This document shows positions 20,891 to 29,853 of a stretch of 64,000 nt of DNA, in pieces. Positions within the stretch are counted from its first letter, which is position 1. Each line of letters begins with the position of its first letter. The DNA comes from an uncultured Actinomycetota bacterium (lineage in GTDB: Bacteria; Actinomycetota; Actinomycetes; Propionibacteriales; Nocardioidaceae). Made by a program: the position numbers and the translations under genes. The stretch covers positions 1,397-65,396 of the forward strand of contig CAWIOB010000011.1 of the NCBI GenBank assembly GCA_963837595.1. The letters run 5' to 3'. Under the pieces are notes generated by a model that worked only from the letters and a program-made list of their open reading frames with translations, did not search any database and was not told the DNA's origin.

Positions 20891-21748
20891 ATGGAGGAGA
20901 TCGCCGCTCGCCTGCGGGCCACAGGCTACGTCTGCGACGAGTCACTGGCGACCATGGTCTACCTCGCCCAGGAGATGCAGCGACCGCTGCTGCTCGAGGG
21001 GGAGCCGGGCACCGGCAAGACGGCCCTCGCCGAGGCCGTGGCCGAGTCGCTCGACCTTCCGCTGATCCGGTTGCAGTGCTACGAGGGCATCGACGCCTCC
21101 CAGGCTCTCTACGACTGGGACTTCCCGCGCCAGATCCTGCACCTCAGGGCGCTCGAGGCCGCTGGCGGTGCGGGCTTGGAGGAGGCGGAGAAGAGCCTGT
21201 ACGACGCCCGCTTCCTGCTGGCCCGTCCGATCCTGGCCGCCCTTCAGCAGAGCCCTGCGGTGCTTCTCATCGACGAGGTCGATCGGGCCGACGACGAGTT
21301 CGAGGCCTTCCTGCTCGAGGTGCTGTCGACCTGGCAGGTCACGATCCCCGAGTTCGGCACCGTCAAGGCGGCGACCCCGCCCTTCGTCGTCCTCACCTCC
21401 AACCGCACCCGCGAGGTGCACGACGCGCTCAAGCGGCGCTGTCTCTATCACTGGATCGACCACCCCGGCCTCCAGCGCGAGCTGGAGATCGTCAGGTCCC
21501 GTGCGCCCGAGGTGTCGCAGCTGCTCGGCGAACAGGTCGTGACGATCGTCCAGCAGTTGCGCGACCGCGACGACCTGGTCAAGCCGCCCGGGGTTGCCGA
21601 GACGCTCGACTGGGCTCGGGCGCTCGACCGCCTCGGCGCCAGCGAGCTCGACCTCGAGACCGCGGCGGCGACCTTGGGGGCGCTGGTGAAGTACCGCGAG
21701 GACACCGAGCGGGTGAAGCACGCGCTGGACCGGATGATGGCGGGATGA
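20891..21748 (+). CDS. coxD: MoxR family AAA+ ATPase (CoxD-like)
   Basis: GEPGTGKT, RLQCYEGID, LLIDEVDRADDEFEAFLLE, HDALKRRC. Confidence 0.9.
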   Translation: MEEIAARLRATGYVCDESLATMVYLAQEMQRPLLLEGEPGTGKTALAEAVAESLDLPLIRLQCYEGIDASQALYDWDFPRQILHLRALEAAGGAGLEEAEKSLYDARFLLARPILAALQQSPAVLLIDEVDRADDEFEAFLLEVLSTWQVTIPEFGTVKAATPPFVVLTSNRTREVHDALKRRCLYHWIDHPGLQRELEIVRSRAPEVSQLLGEQVVTIVQQLRDRDDLVKPPGVAETLDWARALDRLGASELDLETAAATLGALVKYREDTERVKHALDRMMAG

Positions 21749-22860
21749 GCCGCTACGCCGCGGACGAGGTGCTGCTCGCATTCGCCGCGGCGGTGCGCGC
21801 AGCCGGCGTGCCCGTCACCGCGGACCGCACCCACCACTTCCTGGAGGCCGTCGCGCTGCTGGGCGCCGACTCCCGACAGGGCACCTGGCTGGCAGGCCGG
21901 GCGACCCTGTGCGGTGGCCCGGAGGACCTGGCTCGCTACGACCAGATCTTCGAGGCCTGGTTCCTGGCCCGAGAGGGGTTGCCCCGCACGGTGGCCGCCC
22001 AGGAGTCCGCATCGCCGGTGGCGCAACTGCCCACCGAGGCCGAGGGCGAGGGCGTCCTGGACGACGAGGTGCTGCGAGTAGCGGCCAGCGACGAGGAGAT
22101 CCTGCGCGACCGCGATGTCGCCGGACTGTCCGCGTCGGACCGGGCTCGCCTGGCGCGGATGTTCTCCGTCCTCCCGTGCCGCTCGCCGCAGCGGCGGGCG
22201 CTGCGACGTACGCCGTGGCACCGGGGCGAGGTCGACGCCTCCCGCACGATGCGGCGGATGGTCAGCCGGCTCGGCGAGTCCGACCGGGTGGCCTGGCGTC
22301 GGCGGGGCACCCGCCCTCGCCGGGTGGTGCTCCTCATCGATGTGTCCGGCTCGATGAGCGCCTACGCCGACGCCCTCCTGCGGTTGGCGCATCGCTTCGT
22401 GGTGTCCACGGCCTCGACCGGCGGGGGCGGCTCGACGGAGGTGTTCACCGTCGGCACCCGGCTCACCCACATCACCCGAGCGATGCGCCTGCGCGATCCC
22501 GAGCGAGCGATCGTGGCCGCCGGTCGCACGGTCCCGGACTGGTCGGGTGGCACCAGGTTGGGGGAGACGCTCAAGATGTTCCTGGACCGCTGGGGTCAGC
22601 GCGGGCTCGCCCGCGGGGCCGTCGTGGTGATCTTCAGCGACGGTTGGGAGCGCGGCGACGCGGCACTGCTGGCTGAGCAGGCCGAGCGGCTCAGCCGACT
22701 CGCCCACCGTGTGGTCTGGGTCAACCCCCACCGCGGCAAGAGCGGCTACACCCCCGTCCAGCAGGGAATCGTGGCGGTGCTCCCACACGTTGACCACTTC
22801 GTGGCCGGGCATTCGATGGCGACGTACGCCGACCTGGTGGAGGTGGTGGCCCGTGCGTGA
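21745..22860 (+). CDS. coxE: vWA domain protein (CoxE-like)
   Basis: MIDAS DVSGSM, WSGGTRLG, SDGWERG, WVNP. Confidence 0.9.
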   Translation: MSRYAADEVLLAFAAAVRAAGVPVTADRTHHFLEAVALLGADSRQGTWLAGRATLCGGPEDLARYDQIFEAWFLAREGLPRTVAAQESASPVAQLPTEAEGEGVLDDEVLRVAASDEEILRDRDVAGLSASDRARLARMFSVLPCRSPQRRALRRTPWHRGEVDASRTMRRMVSRLGESDRVAWRRRGTRPRRVVLLIDVSGSMSAYADALLRLAHRFVVSTASTGGGGSTEVFTVGTRLTHITRAMRLRDPERAIVAAGRTVPDWSGGTRLGETLKMFLDRWGQRGLARGAVVVIFSDGWERGDAALLAEQAERLSRLAHRVVWVNPHRGKSGYTPVQQGIVAVLPHVDHFVAGHSMATYADLVEVVARA

Positions 22861-23989
22861 GGTGCTCGACGAGCTGATGACCTGGTGGCGAGCCGGCGAC
22901 ACGGTCGCCTTGGGCACGGTGGTCGCGACGTTCCAGTCCGCGCCCCGGCCGGCCGGCGCCTCGATGATCGTGGGCCCGACGGGTGAGGCCGTCGGCTCGG
23001 TGTCGGGTGGCTGTGTCGAGGGAGCCGTCTACGAGCTCGGACAGGAGATCATCGGCACCGGCGAGCCGGTGCTGCAGCGATACGGCATCAGCGACGACGA
23101 CGCGTTCGCCGTGGGTCTGACCTGCGGGGGCATCCTCGACGTCTACGTCGAGAAGGTGGATCGGCAGACCTTCCCCGAGCTTGAGGCGATCGCCGACGAC
23201 CTGGCCGCCGGGCGCCCGGTCGCGGTGGCCACCGTGGTCGACCATCCGGATCCGGCCCGGGTGGGCCGGCGCCTGGTCATCCACCCGGATGGGAACGGAC
23301 CCTCGGGGGCGTCGTTGGGCAGCTCACGCGCGGACGCCGCCGTGCACGACGATGCGCTCGGCCTGCTCGCGTCCGGGCACAACGGCACGCTCGAATACGG
23401 CCCCGACGGTGAGCGCCGGGGTGAGGGCATGCGGGTGTTCGTCTGGGGCTTCGCACCCAAGCCGCGGATGCTCGTGTTCGGCGCCATCGACTTCGCGGCC
23501 GCCGTGGCCCGGGTGGGCAGCTTCCTCGGCTATCACGTCACCGTGTGCGACGCGCGCCCCGTCTTCGCCACCAACACCCGATTCCCGGAGGCCGATGAGG
23601 TCGTCGTCGACTGGCCCCACCGCTACCTGGGTGCCGAGGTGGCCGCGGGGCGGGTGGATCGGCGCACGATCATCGCGGTGCTCACCCACGACCCGAAGTT
23701 CGACGTACCCCTCCTGGAGGTCGCCCTCCGCGTTCCCGACGTGGCGTACGTCGGCGCCATGGGCTCGCGGCGCACCCACGACGACCGGATGGCTCGGTTG
23801 AGGGAGGCGGGACTGACCGAGGAGGAGCTGGGTCGGCTCTCCAGCCCGATCGGCCTCGACCTCGGTGCCCGCACTCCGGAGGAGACCGCCGTCAGCATCG
23901 CGGCTGAGATCATCGCCCTGCGCTGGGGTGGCACCGGGGATCGCCTCGGTGGGCGCGAGGGGCGCATCCATCACACCGCCCCTCGATGA
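22853..23989 (+). CDS. XdhC/CoxF/CoxI family molybdoenzyme maturation protein
   Basis: SAPRPAGA, GSVSGGCVEG, GLTCGG, THDPKFD, YVGAMGSRR, SPIGLDLGARTPEETAVSI. Confidence 0.92.
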   Translation: MREVLDELMTWWRAGDTVALGTVVATFQSAPRPAGASMIVGPTGEAVGSVSGGCVEGAVYELGQEIIGTGEPVLQRYGISDDDAFAVGLTCGGILDVYVEKVDRQTFPELEAIADDLAAGRPVAVATVVDHPDPARVGRRLVIHPDGNGPSGASLGSSRADAAVHDDALGLLASGHNGTLEYGPDGERRGEGMRVFVWGFAPKPRMLVFGAIDFAAAVARVGSFLGYHVTVCDARPVFATNTRFPEADEVVVDWPHRYLGAEVAAGRVDRRTIIAVLTHDPKFDVPLLEVALRVPDVAYVGAMGSRRTHDDRMARLREAGLTEEELGRLSSPIGLDLGARTPEETAVSIAAEIIALRWGGTGDRLGGREGRIHHTAPR

Positions 23990-23993
23990 CCGC

Positions 23994-24071
23994 GACCTGT
24001 CGCAGATGTACATCGAAATTGCGTCGACCCGTCGCAGATGTACGTGTGGACATGTACATCTGCGACAGGTC
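23994..24071. repeat. REP-like element, three 18-bp units
   Basis: Units at 23994-24011, 24026-24043 and inverted 24054-24071; 14-bp linker as in the 18.6 kb copy. Confidence 0.85.
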
Positions 24072-24091
24072 GACGGCGTAGGTTCGCTGGC

Positions 24092-25519
24092 GTGAGTGCG
24101 CCGAGGGACACCGTGCTCCCAGTGGGCTTCGCCGTCGCGCTCTCGCATCACGTCAAGGTGCGCGACGGTGGGCGCACCCTGGTGGGCGGGTCGGCAGGCT
24201 CGGTGCTCTACCTCGCTCCCGAGGCCGCCTCCCTGATCGGCGCCGGCCCGGTGTACGCCGAGCCCGGGACGGCGGCCAGGCTGGTCCGCCTGCTGCTCGA
24301 CCGGGGCTTCGCCGACCCGGTCTGGGCCGAACCACCCGTCGACGACACACACGTCACCGACGTCACCGTGGTGGTGCCGATCCAGGACCGTCCGGCTGCT
24401 CTGCAGCGGCTGCTTGCCGGCTTGGCGTCGGGTCTCCCGGTCGTCGTGGTCGACGACGGCTCCCGCGACCCGGCCGCGGTGGCGGCTGTCTGCTCGGCGT
24501 ACGACGCGAGGCTGGTGTGCCATGCGGTGAACCGCGGACCGGCTGCCGCCCGCAACACGGGCCTGCGGGAGGTCCGGACGCCGTACGTCGCCTTCTGCGA
24601 CTCAGATGTGCTGCCGTCGCCCGGCTGGCTCGGCATGCTGCGACGGCACCTCGACGATCCCGCGGTCGCGGTGGTGGCGCCGCGGATCCTCGGGCCTGAG
24701 GCTCGCGACGGCGACACCTGGCTCGAACGCTACGAGCAGGCGCGATCCTCTCTCGACCTGGGGACCCGGCCGGCTGCGGTGAAGGCCGGTGGGGCCGTGT
24801 CCTACCTGCCCAGCGCATGCCTGGTCGCCCGCGTCGAGGCTCTTGCTGCCGGCTTCGACGAGGACCTTCGTGCCGGTGAGGACGTGGACCTCGTGTGGCG
24901 GCTGCTGGCCGACGGCTGGCGGGTCCGCTACGAGCCGGCCGCCTCCGCGCGCCACGAGCACCTGGCACGGTTCGGCGAGTGGTGGGCGCGCAAGGCCTTC
25001 TACGGTACGTCGGCCGCACCGCTCGCCGCGCGGCACGACAGCGCGGTGGCGCCGATGGTCCTCACGCCCTGGTCGCTGGTCTTCGCGGCCTCGCTGCTTG
25101 CGCAGCGTCGCTGGTCGGTCCCGGTCGCCCTGGCCGCGGCCGGTGCGGCGACTCTCGGGGTCAGTCGCAAGCTGACCAGGAGCGAGCATCCGTTCCGCGC
25201 CGCCGCCGTCCTCACCGTCGAGGGTGCCGTCGCCACCTGGTGGCAGACCGCATCCGCGCTGACCCGGCACTACTGGCCGGTGGCTGCAGGCGCCGCGGTG
25301 CTGTCGCGCAGGGCCCGGCGGGCGCTGCTGGTCGCTGCGGTCGCCGAGGGTCTCGCCGACCGTCGCCGGACCCGTCCCGGCCTGGATCCGGCACGGTATC
25401 TCCTGGCCCATCGGCTCGACGATCTCGCCTACGGCACCGGCCTCTGGCAAGGGGCGTGGCGCGAGCGTTCGCTGCGCGCCCTGGTGCCGAAGTTCCACGG
25501 ATTCACGCGAATCCGGTGA
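24092..25519 (+). CDS. mftF: mycofactocin glycosyltransferase MftF-like (GT2)
   Basis: DGGRTLVGGS, LLDRGFADP, VVDDGS, NRGPAAARNTG, YEQARSSLDLG, VSYLPSA, GEDVDLVWRL, RKAFYGTSAAPLAARH, DDLAYGTGLW. Confidence 0.85.
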   Translation: MSAPRDTVLPVGFAVALSHHVKVRDGGRTLVGGSAGSVLYLAPEAASLIGAGPVYAEPGTAARLVRLLLDRGFADPVWAEPPVDDTHVTDVTVVVPIQDRPAALQRLLAGLASGLPVVVVDDGSRDPAAVAAVCSAYDARLVCHAVNRGPAAARNTGLREVRTPYVAFCDSDVLPSPGWLGMLRRHLDDPAVAVVAPRILGPEARDGDTWLERYEQARSSLDLGTRPAAVKAGGAVSYLPSACLVARVEALAAGFDEDLRAGEDVDLVWRLLADGWRVRYEPAASARHEHLARFGEWWARKAFYGTSAAPLAARHDSAVAPMVLTPWSLVFAASLLAQRRWSVPVALAAAGAATLGVSRKLTRSEHPFRAAAVLTVEGAVATWWQTASALTRHYWPVAAGAAVLSRRARRALLVAAVAEGLADRRRTRPGLDPARYLLAHRLDDLAYGTGLWQGAWRERSLRALVPKFHGFTRIR

Positions 25520-25581
25520 ACCGGTGTCGCTCTTCCCCACCCCTGGGCTAACGTGGCGCACGTCACGCCGGAGGAGGGTGG

Positions 25582-26823
25582 GTGCACGTCAACCGCAGGA
25601 GTCTGCAGGACCGTCGGGTCGCTGCCACGCGCGCCTGGTCATCCTTCGTCGAGCACGGTGACGAGGCCGAGGATCTCGTGCGACCCGAGATCCTGAGCAG
25701 CTGGACGCGATCGGAGGCGGCCCGGGCGCTGGAGGTGACCGAGGCTCCGCTCGCAGACGAGTCCGACACCCACGCGATCTGGCAGGGCTCCCAGCTGCAG
25801 ACGGCCGTCGAACGCGTCGAGGCCGAGCTGCGCCGCACCGCCGAGGACGGCGACCTGGTGCTCGCCGTGACCGACCCCGAGACGCGGATCCTCTGGACGT
25901 ACGGCGGCCGCGTGATGCGGCGCAAGGCCGAGACGGTCAACTTCGTGGCCGGCGGGCGCTGGGACGACGAGAGCGTCGGGACCAACGCCCTCGACCTGGC
26001 CAACCGGCTGGACACGCCGAGCATGGTGTTCAGTGCCGAGCACTACGCCCCGATCGTGCACAACTGGGTCTGCTGGGCCGCGCCCGTCCACGACCCCGCG
26101 ACCGGCGAGCAGCTCGGCGTACTCGACCTGTCGACGACCTGGGACCGCACCCACCCCATCGGGCTCGCGACCGCTCGCGTGCTGGCACGACTGATCGAGA
26201 CCGCGATGCCCGTCTCCGGCAGCGGTCTGGTCACCGGCAACATCGACAGCGGCGAGCCCGGCCTGAGCCTCACCCTCCTCGGCACCGCAGAGGCCCGTCT
26301 CGACGGTGTCCGGCTGCTGCTCAACCGTCGGCAGACCGAGATCCTCGCGCTGCTCGCCATCCACCCTGAGGGGCTGTCGGTCGACCATCTGCACGCGCTG
26401 CTGTACGGCGAGTCCTCGGTCACCCTGTCCACCCTCAAGGCGGAGGTGTCCCACCTGCGACGCGCCTTGTCCGGTCAGCTGTCGTCGCGGCCCTACCGGC
26501 TCACCATGCCGGTGCAGACCGACGTCGAGACCGTGCTCGAGCTGTTGCGGCGGGGCGAGGTGGCTGCAGCCGTCGACGCCTATGGCGGCGACCTGATGCC
26601 CGGCACCGACTCGCCGGCGCTCAACGAGCTCGCCGACTACGTCGCAGTGGCGGTTCGCGAGGCCCTGCTCGCCAATCCCGATCCTGCGGCCGTCGTGCAC
26701 TACAGCGAGCTGGCGCCGTACGACGTCGAGGTGCTCGAGGTCTGCCTGCTGTCGCTGGGCGACCGCTCCCACCCGGCCAAGCCGCTGCTGAAGGGCCGGC
26801 TCGCCGCCACCACCAGGAGCTGA
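25582..26823 (+). CDS. GAF-domain transcriptional activator with OmpR/SARP-type wHTH
   Basis: VRPEILSSWTRS, WDDESVGTNAL, SAEHY, WVCWAAPVHDP (AcoR-like GAF); RQTEILALLA..HPEGL..TLKAEVSHLRRAL. Confidence 0.85.
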   Translation: MHVNRRSLQDRRVAATRAWSSFVEHGDEAEDLVRPEILSSWTRSEAARALEVTEAPLADESDTHAIWQGSQLQTAVERVEAELRRTAEDGDLVLAVTDPETRILWTYGGRVMRRKAETVNFVAGGRWDDESVGTNALDLANRLDTPSMVFSAEHYAPIVHNWVCWAAPVHDPATGEQLGVLDLSTTWDRTHPIGLATARVLARLIETAMPVSGSGLVTGNIDSGEPGLSLTLLGTAEARLDGVRLLLNRRQTEILALLAIHPEGLSVDHLHALLYGESSVTLSTLKAEVSHLRRALSGQLSSRPYRLTMPVQTDVETVLELLRRGEVAAAVDAYGGDLMPGTDSPALNELADYVAVAVREALLANPDPAAVVHYSELAPYDVEVLEVCLLSLGDRSHPAKPLLKGRLAATTRS

Positions 26824-26930
26824 TCCCGCTCCTCGTCGCTTGTGGATGACCACGTTGACGAGTGTCACTATCTATGTAAATGTTTCTACCCGTACCTACG
26901 TCTAGAAAAACGTACTTCGGGGGAACAACA

Positions 26931-28220
26931 ATGACATTCATACATACTGGTGCATTTCTGCTTGCTGGTGGAGTGCTCGCGACCACGCTGGCTGGGGGAG
27001 GCCCACACCTGGCGTCAGCGAGTTCGCGTGCCACGACCTCGTGTCCGACCAGCAGAGGCGTATCGGGCTCGGTCGGGCGCGTCGCCGTCGAGACGAGGGT
27101 CGATCTCTATGCGGAGCCGAAGCCGGAGCCGTCCAGCCTGAAGGTGGGCGACGCGTCCTACCCGAGACACCTCGGGTCGAGTCAGGTCACGAAGGACGGC
27201 TGCTACGCAGTGCCCTGGCCCTCGGCCACGGTGATGCGTCGGGCCGCCGACTCCCACGGCGTGCTCAACCTCCGCCTCGTGGTGCAGCGCAGCGGCCAGC
27301 TGCAGATGCGGGTGTTCCCGGGCTTCCTCACCAGGTCTGCCGCCGGCTTCACGATGCGAAGCGGATCCGGCGCCGCGTCCGTTGCTGCCTTGGGTCGCGC
27401 CATTTCGGCGGAGCAGTCGAGCGTCGAGGGAGAGCTGACTGAGTCCTTCGCCAGTGCGGGCGCGTGGCCGGCGAGAGTCGACGCCACGTCGCTGCGTGGT
27501 CGAACGGCAGCCGTGGCGGTGAGCACGTCCGATGTGGCGACGCTGCCACGAGAGCTGACTGCGCGAGCGCCGAGCGGAGTCCGCTATGTCCTCGAGCGCA
27601 GGTTCCGTGACCGTCCGGCCGCCGTCGGCCAATACTGGAGCAACACCAAGCGAGCCAGGGAGCGTTACGTCTACGCCGGCGGAGCGACGTCCAGCCTGGG
27701 GGCCGCGTGGTCGGTGAGCGGTGCCAACGGCTCCTACAGCGCCAGCCAGACCTGGACCACCGCGACGGACAACTCGATGGGGTTCCCCGTGGCCAGGGGC
27801 AAGGCGCATCGCATCTACCGGACCTACTTCTCCTACGGGAAGTTCGCCTATCAGGTCTACAACTACCTCGCCGGGAAATGGAACACGGTGGGCCACATCG
27901 TGCGCCGGATTCGTTGGGAGGGGGGGCAGGGATCTCTTGCCGGTCCGTCAACGCCTACTTCGTCCGCGGACTTCTGCAAGCCGTTCAAAAGGGGCGGGTA
28001 CTGGAACTCCGGAACCACGCATGCGATGACCTGGTCGAACGGTGTGGACCTCACGGCAGGAATGAAGGGGGTATTGGGCAGTCTCTCGCTCTCGTCGAGC
28101 AGTGGTTTCAGTCGGCTTGCGCACAACCACGTGACCTTTGCCAAGAAGGCGCGGCTGTGCGGCTGGCACGATCGCCTGACGGGTCGTCCGGGTGCACTCA
28201 TTGCGCGACGTCCACGGTGA
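26931..28220 (+). CDS. secreted cationic hypothetical protein (429 aa)
   Basis: Signal peptide ending ..LASA; RBS GGGGGAA; Arg/Lys- and Ser/Thr/Gly-rich C-terminal half; AT-rich upstream DNA. Confidence 0.8.
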   Translation: MTFIHTGAFLLAGGVLATTLAGGGPHLASASSRATTSCPTSRGVSGSVGRVAVETRVDLYAEPKPEPSSLKVGDASYPRHLGSSQVTKDGCYAVPWPSATVMRRAADSHGVLNLRLVVQRSGQLQMRVFPGFLTRSAAGFTMRSGSGAASVAALGRAISAEQSSVEGELTESFASAGAWPARVDATSLRGRTAAVAVSTSDVATLPRELTARAPSGVRYVLERRFRDRPAAVGQYWSNTKRARERYVYAGGATSSLGAAWSVSGANGSYSASQTWTTATDNSMGFPVARGKAHRIYRTYFSYGKFAYQVYNYLAGKWNTVGHIVRRIRWEGGQGSLAGPSTPTSSADFCKPFKRGGYWNSGTTHAMTWSNGVDLTAGMKGVLGSLSLSSSSGFSRLAHNHVTFAKKARLCGWHDRLTGRPGALIARRPR

Positions 28221-28807
28221 GGCGAAGATGGCTACCGCTCGCAGGTGTGGGTCTCTTGGCGATGGTTCTCGCGATCCCTGTTGGCCGCTCGCACGTTGGC
28301 GCGCGTTCTACGGCCCTTGTCGCGCTCGGAGACGACCCGACCACGGAGTGCAGTCCTACCGTTGGGACCTCCTCGGGCATGACCGTCAGCATCGAAGGGG
28401 TGCGAAACCTCAGCAACAAGCCTGTCAAGGTACTCAAGGCGGAGTTGACGCGAGCAGTTGACGTCCGAGTGCTCGGGATCGATGCGCTGGATCAGGATTC
28501 GACGACAGGCTTCGGTGGATTCGGCTCGTGGGACGGTTATCCACCTCGAAAGTTGCCGCCGGCCTGGAAGGCCGCTTGGGAGCGTCGGGAGCCGGCTGAG
28601 GGTGCCGTGATTCCACCCCAACACGGCCAGTACGAGTTCACCGGGTTCATCATCGGCTATGCCGCTGTCCGCGGCTCGGCCGGACCGCTGCGGATCACCT
28701 ACGAAGACGGCGAAGGTCGTCAAGGGTCCGCGGAGATGTCCACGATCTTGGTGACAAGCCCACACTGCCACGGCCCGTTCCCGGGCTACCAGGGCTTCGG
28801 AAAGTAG
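28217..28807 (+). CDS. membrane-anchored or secreted hypothetical protein, paralog 1
   Basis: GTGA overlap with the upstream gene; RRRW plus hydrophobic N-terminus; clear similarity to 28815..29417. Confidence 0.8.
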   Translation: MRRRWLPLAGVGLLAMVLAIPVGRSHVGARSTALVALGDDPTTECSPTVGTSSGMTVSIEGVRNLSNKPVKVLKAELTRAVDVRVLGIDALDQDSTTGFGGFGSWDGYPPRKLPPAWKAAWERREPAEGAVIPPQHGQYEFTGFIIGYAAVRGSAGPLRITYEDGEGRQGSAEMSTILVTSPHCHGPFPGYQGFGK

Positions 28808-28814
28808 GCCCGGC

Positions 28815-29417
28815 ATGCTCTTCGTCAGACCGCTGCCCCGATGGGCGGCGGCCACGGTGTGCGGCCTGCTGGGCCCGGCGCTCGCGCCCGCCTACTGGGT
28901 GGTCAGGTCGCCCCCATCCACGGCCCTGGTGGGTGCCGATGGCTTGAACGCCATGTGCATGCCTTCTCCCGGGACCGCTCGGGGCGTCACGACCAGCATC
29001 GAGGACGTGCGCAACCGGAGCGATCAGCCGGTGAGGATCCTGAGCGTCGAGCTGCTGCGGGCCACAGGGATCCGAGTCCTCGGAATCAGCGCGCTGAACT
29101 ACCCGGCTCGCAGAGCCTTCGGCGGCTTCGGATCCTGGGAGGGCTTTCCGCCACGCGGGCTTCCACCCGCCTGGCGAAGGGCCTGGGACCGCTCCGCGCC
29201 GGCTCAGGGCGCCGTCATTCCACCCCAGGCCGGGGACGAGTACACCGGATTCATCATCGGGTTCTCCGCTGTCCGGGGCTCCGCCGGCCCCCTCAGGGTG
29301 ACCTACGAGGACGGTGATGGGCGCCGCGGATCGGTGCTGGTGCACTTGACGCTGCTGAGCAGTCCCGACTGCCACGGGCCCTTTCCTGGCTCGAAGGGCC
29401 AACCCGACTTCCGTTAG
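28815..29417 (+). CDS. membrane-anchored or secreted hypothetical protein, paralog 2
   Basis: Shares SIE.VRN.S, FGGFGSW.G.PPR.LPPAW, GAVIPPQ, TGFIIG..AVRGSAGPLR.TYEDG, CHGPFPG with paralog 1. Confidence 0.8.
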   Translation: MLFVRPLPRWAAATVCGLLGPALAPAYWVVRSPPSTALVGADGLNAMCMPSPGTARGVTTSIEDVRNRSDQPVRILSVELLRATGIRVLGISALNYPARRAFGGFGSWEGFPPRGLPPAWRRAWDRSAPAQGAVIPPQAGDEYTGFIIGFSAVRGSAGPLRVTYEDGDGRRGSVLVHLTLLSSPDCHGPFPGSKGQPDFR

Positions 29418-29428
29418 AGAGGTGACGC

Positions 29429-29530
29429 ATGCGTTCCCTCAACACGAAACGAAGGATCATCATGTGGATCATCGCAGGCGTGATCGCCGGGGACCTGATC
29501 GGAATGGCTGAATCGCACCGTTGGTGCTGA
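29429..29530 (+). CDS. small hydrophobic peptide (33 aa)
   Basis: RBS AGAGGTG; MRSLNTKRRIIMWIIAGVIAGDLIGMAESHRWC; below the ORF-track cutoff. Confidence 0.45.
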   Translation: MRSLNTKRRIIMWIIAGVIAGDLIGMAESHRWC

Positions 29531-29545
29531 AACGGAGGGAGACCA

Positions 29546-29683
29546 TTGAGGGTGGTCAGTTGGCTCTTCACATCGCTCCGCACGCGGACCGGACGGCTCA
29601 GCTGGGCCGTCGTGGTGATGTCGGTGGCCGCGGCTGTGGCGCTGACGATTCTCGACCTGAGTCAGTCGTGGCTAAGTGGTTGA
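29546..29683 (+). CDS. small single-TM peptide (45 aa)
   Basis: RBS GGAGGG, TTG start; MRVVSWLFTSLRTRTGRLSWAVVVMSVAAAVALTILDLSQSWLSG. Confidence 0.45.
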   Translation: MRVVSWLFTSLRTRTGRLSWAVVVMSVAAAVALTILDLSQSWLSG

Positions 29684-29771
29684 ACGCAGTCACCAGGTGG
29701 CTGCGATCAACCATCCAAGCGTCAGGCATTCCCGCGATCGCTGAGACTCGCGCGCTCCAGCCCCGGGCAGG

Positions 29772-29816
29772 CCAACCTTTGGCCAACCTCGCCGACCTAG
29801 CGTGAGGCGGGTCACA
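29772..29816 (+). promoter_or_regulatory. coxS promoter: heptamer direct repeat, -10 and CRP-like site
   Basis: CCAACCT-N4-CCAACCT-N8-TAGCGT; CGTGA-N6-TCACA at 29801-29816. Confidence 0.65.
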
Positions 29817-29853
29817 GGTTCAGCCGTCGTTTGCATGCCCTCCAGGAGCGTTC

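Noticed and set aside
23994-24071. CRISPR mini-array
   Set aside because: Units are 18 bp with 10-14 bp related linkers and include inverted copies; no cas genes are present.
26824-29760. Autonomous mobile element (IS, prophage or ICE) around the island
   Set aside because: No integrase, transposase, tRNA or clear flanking direct repeats.
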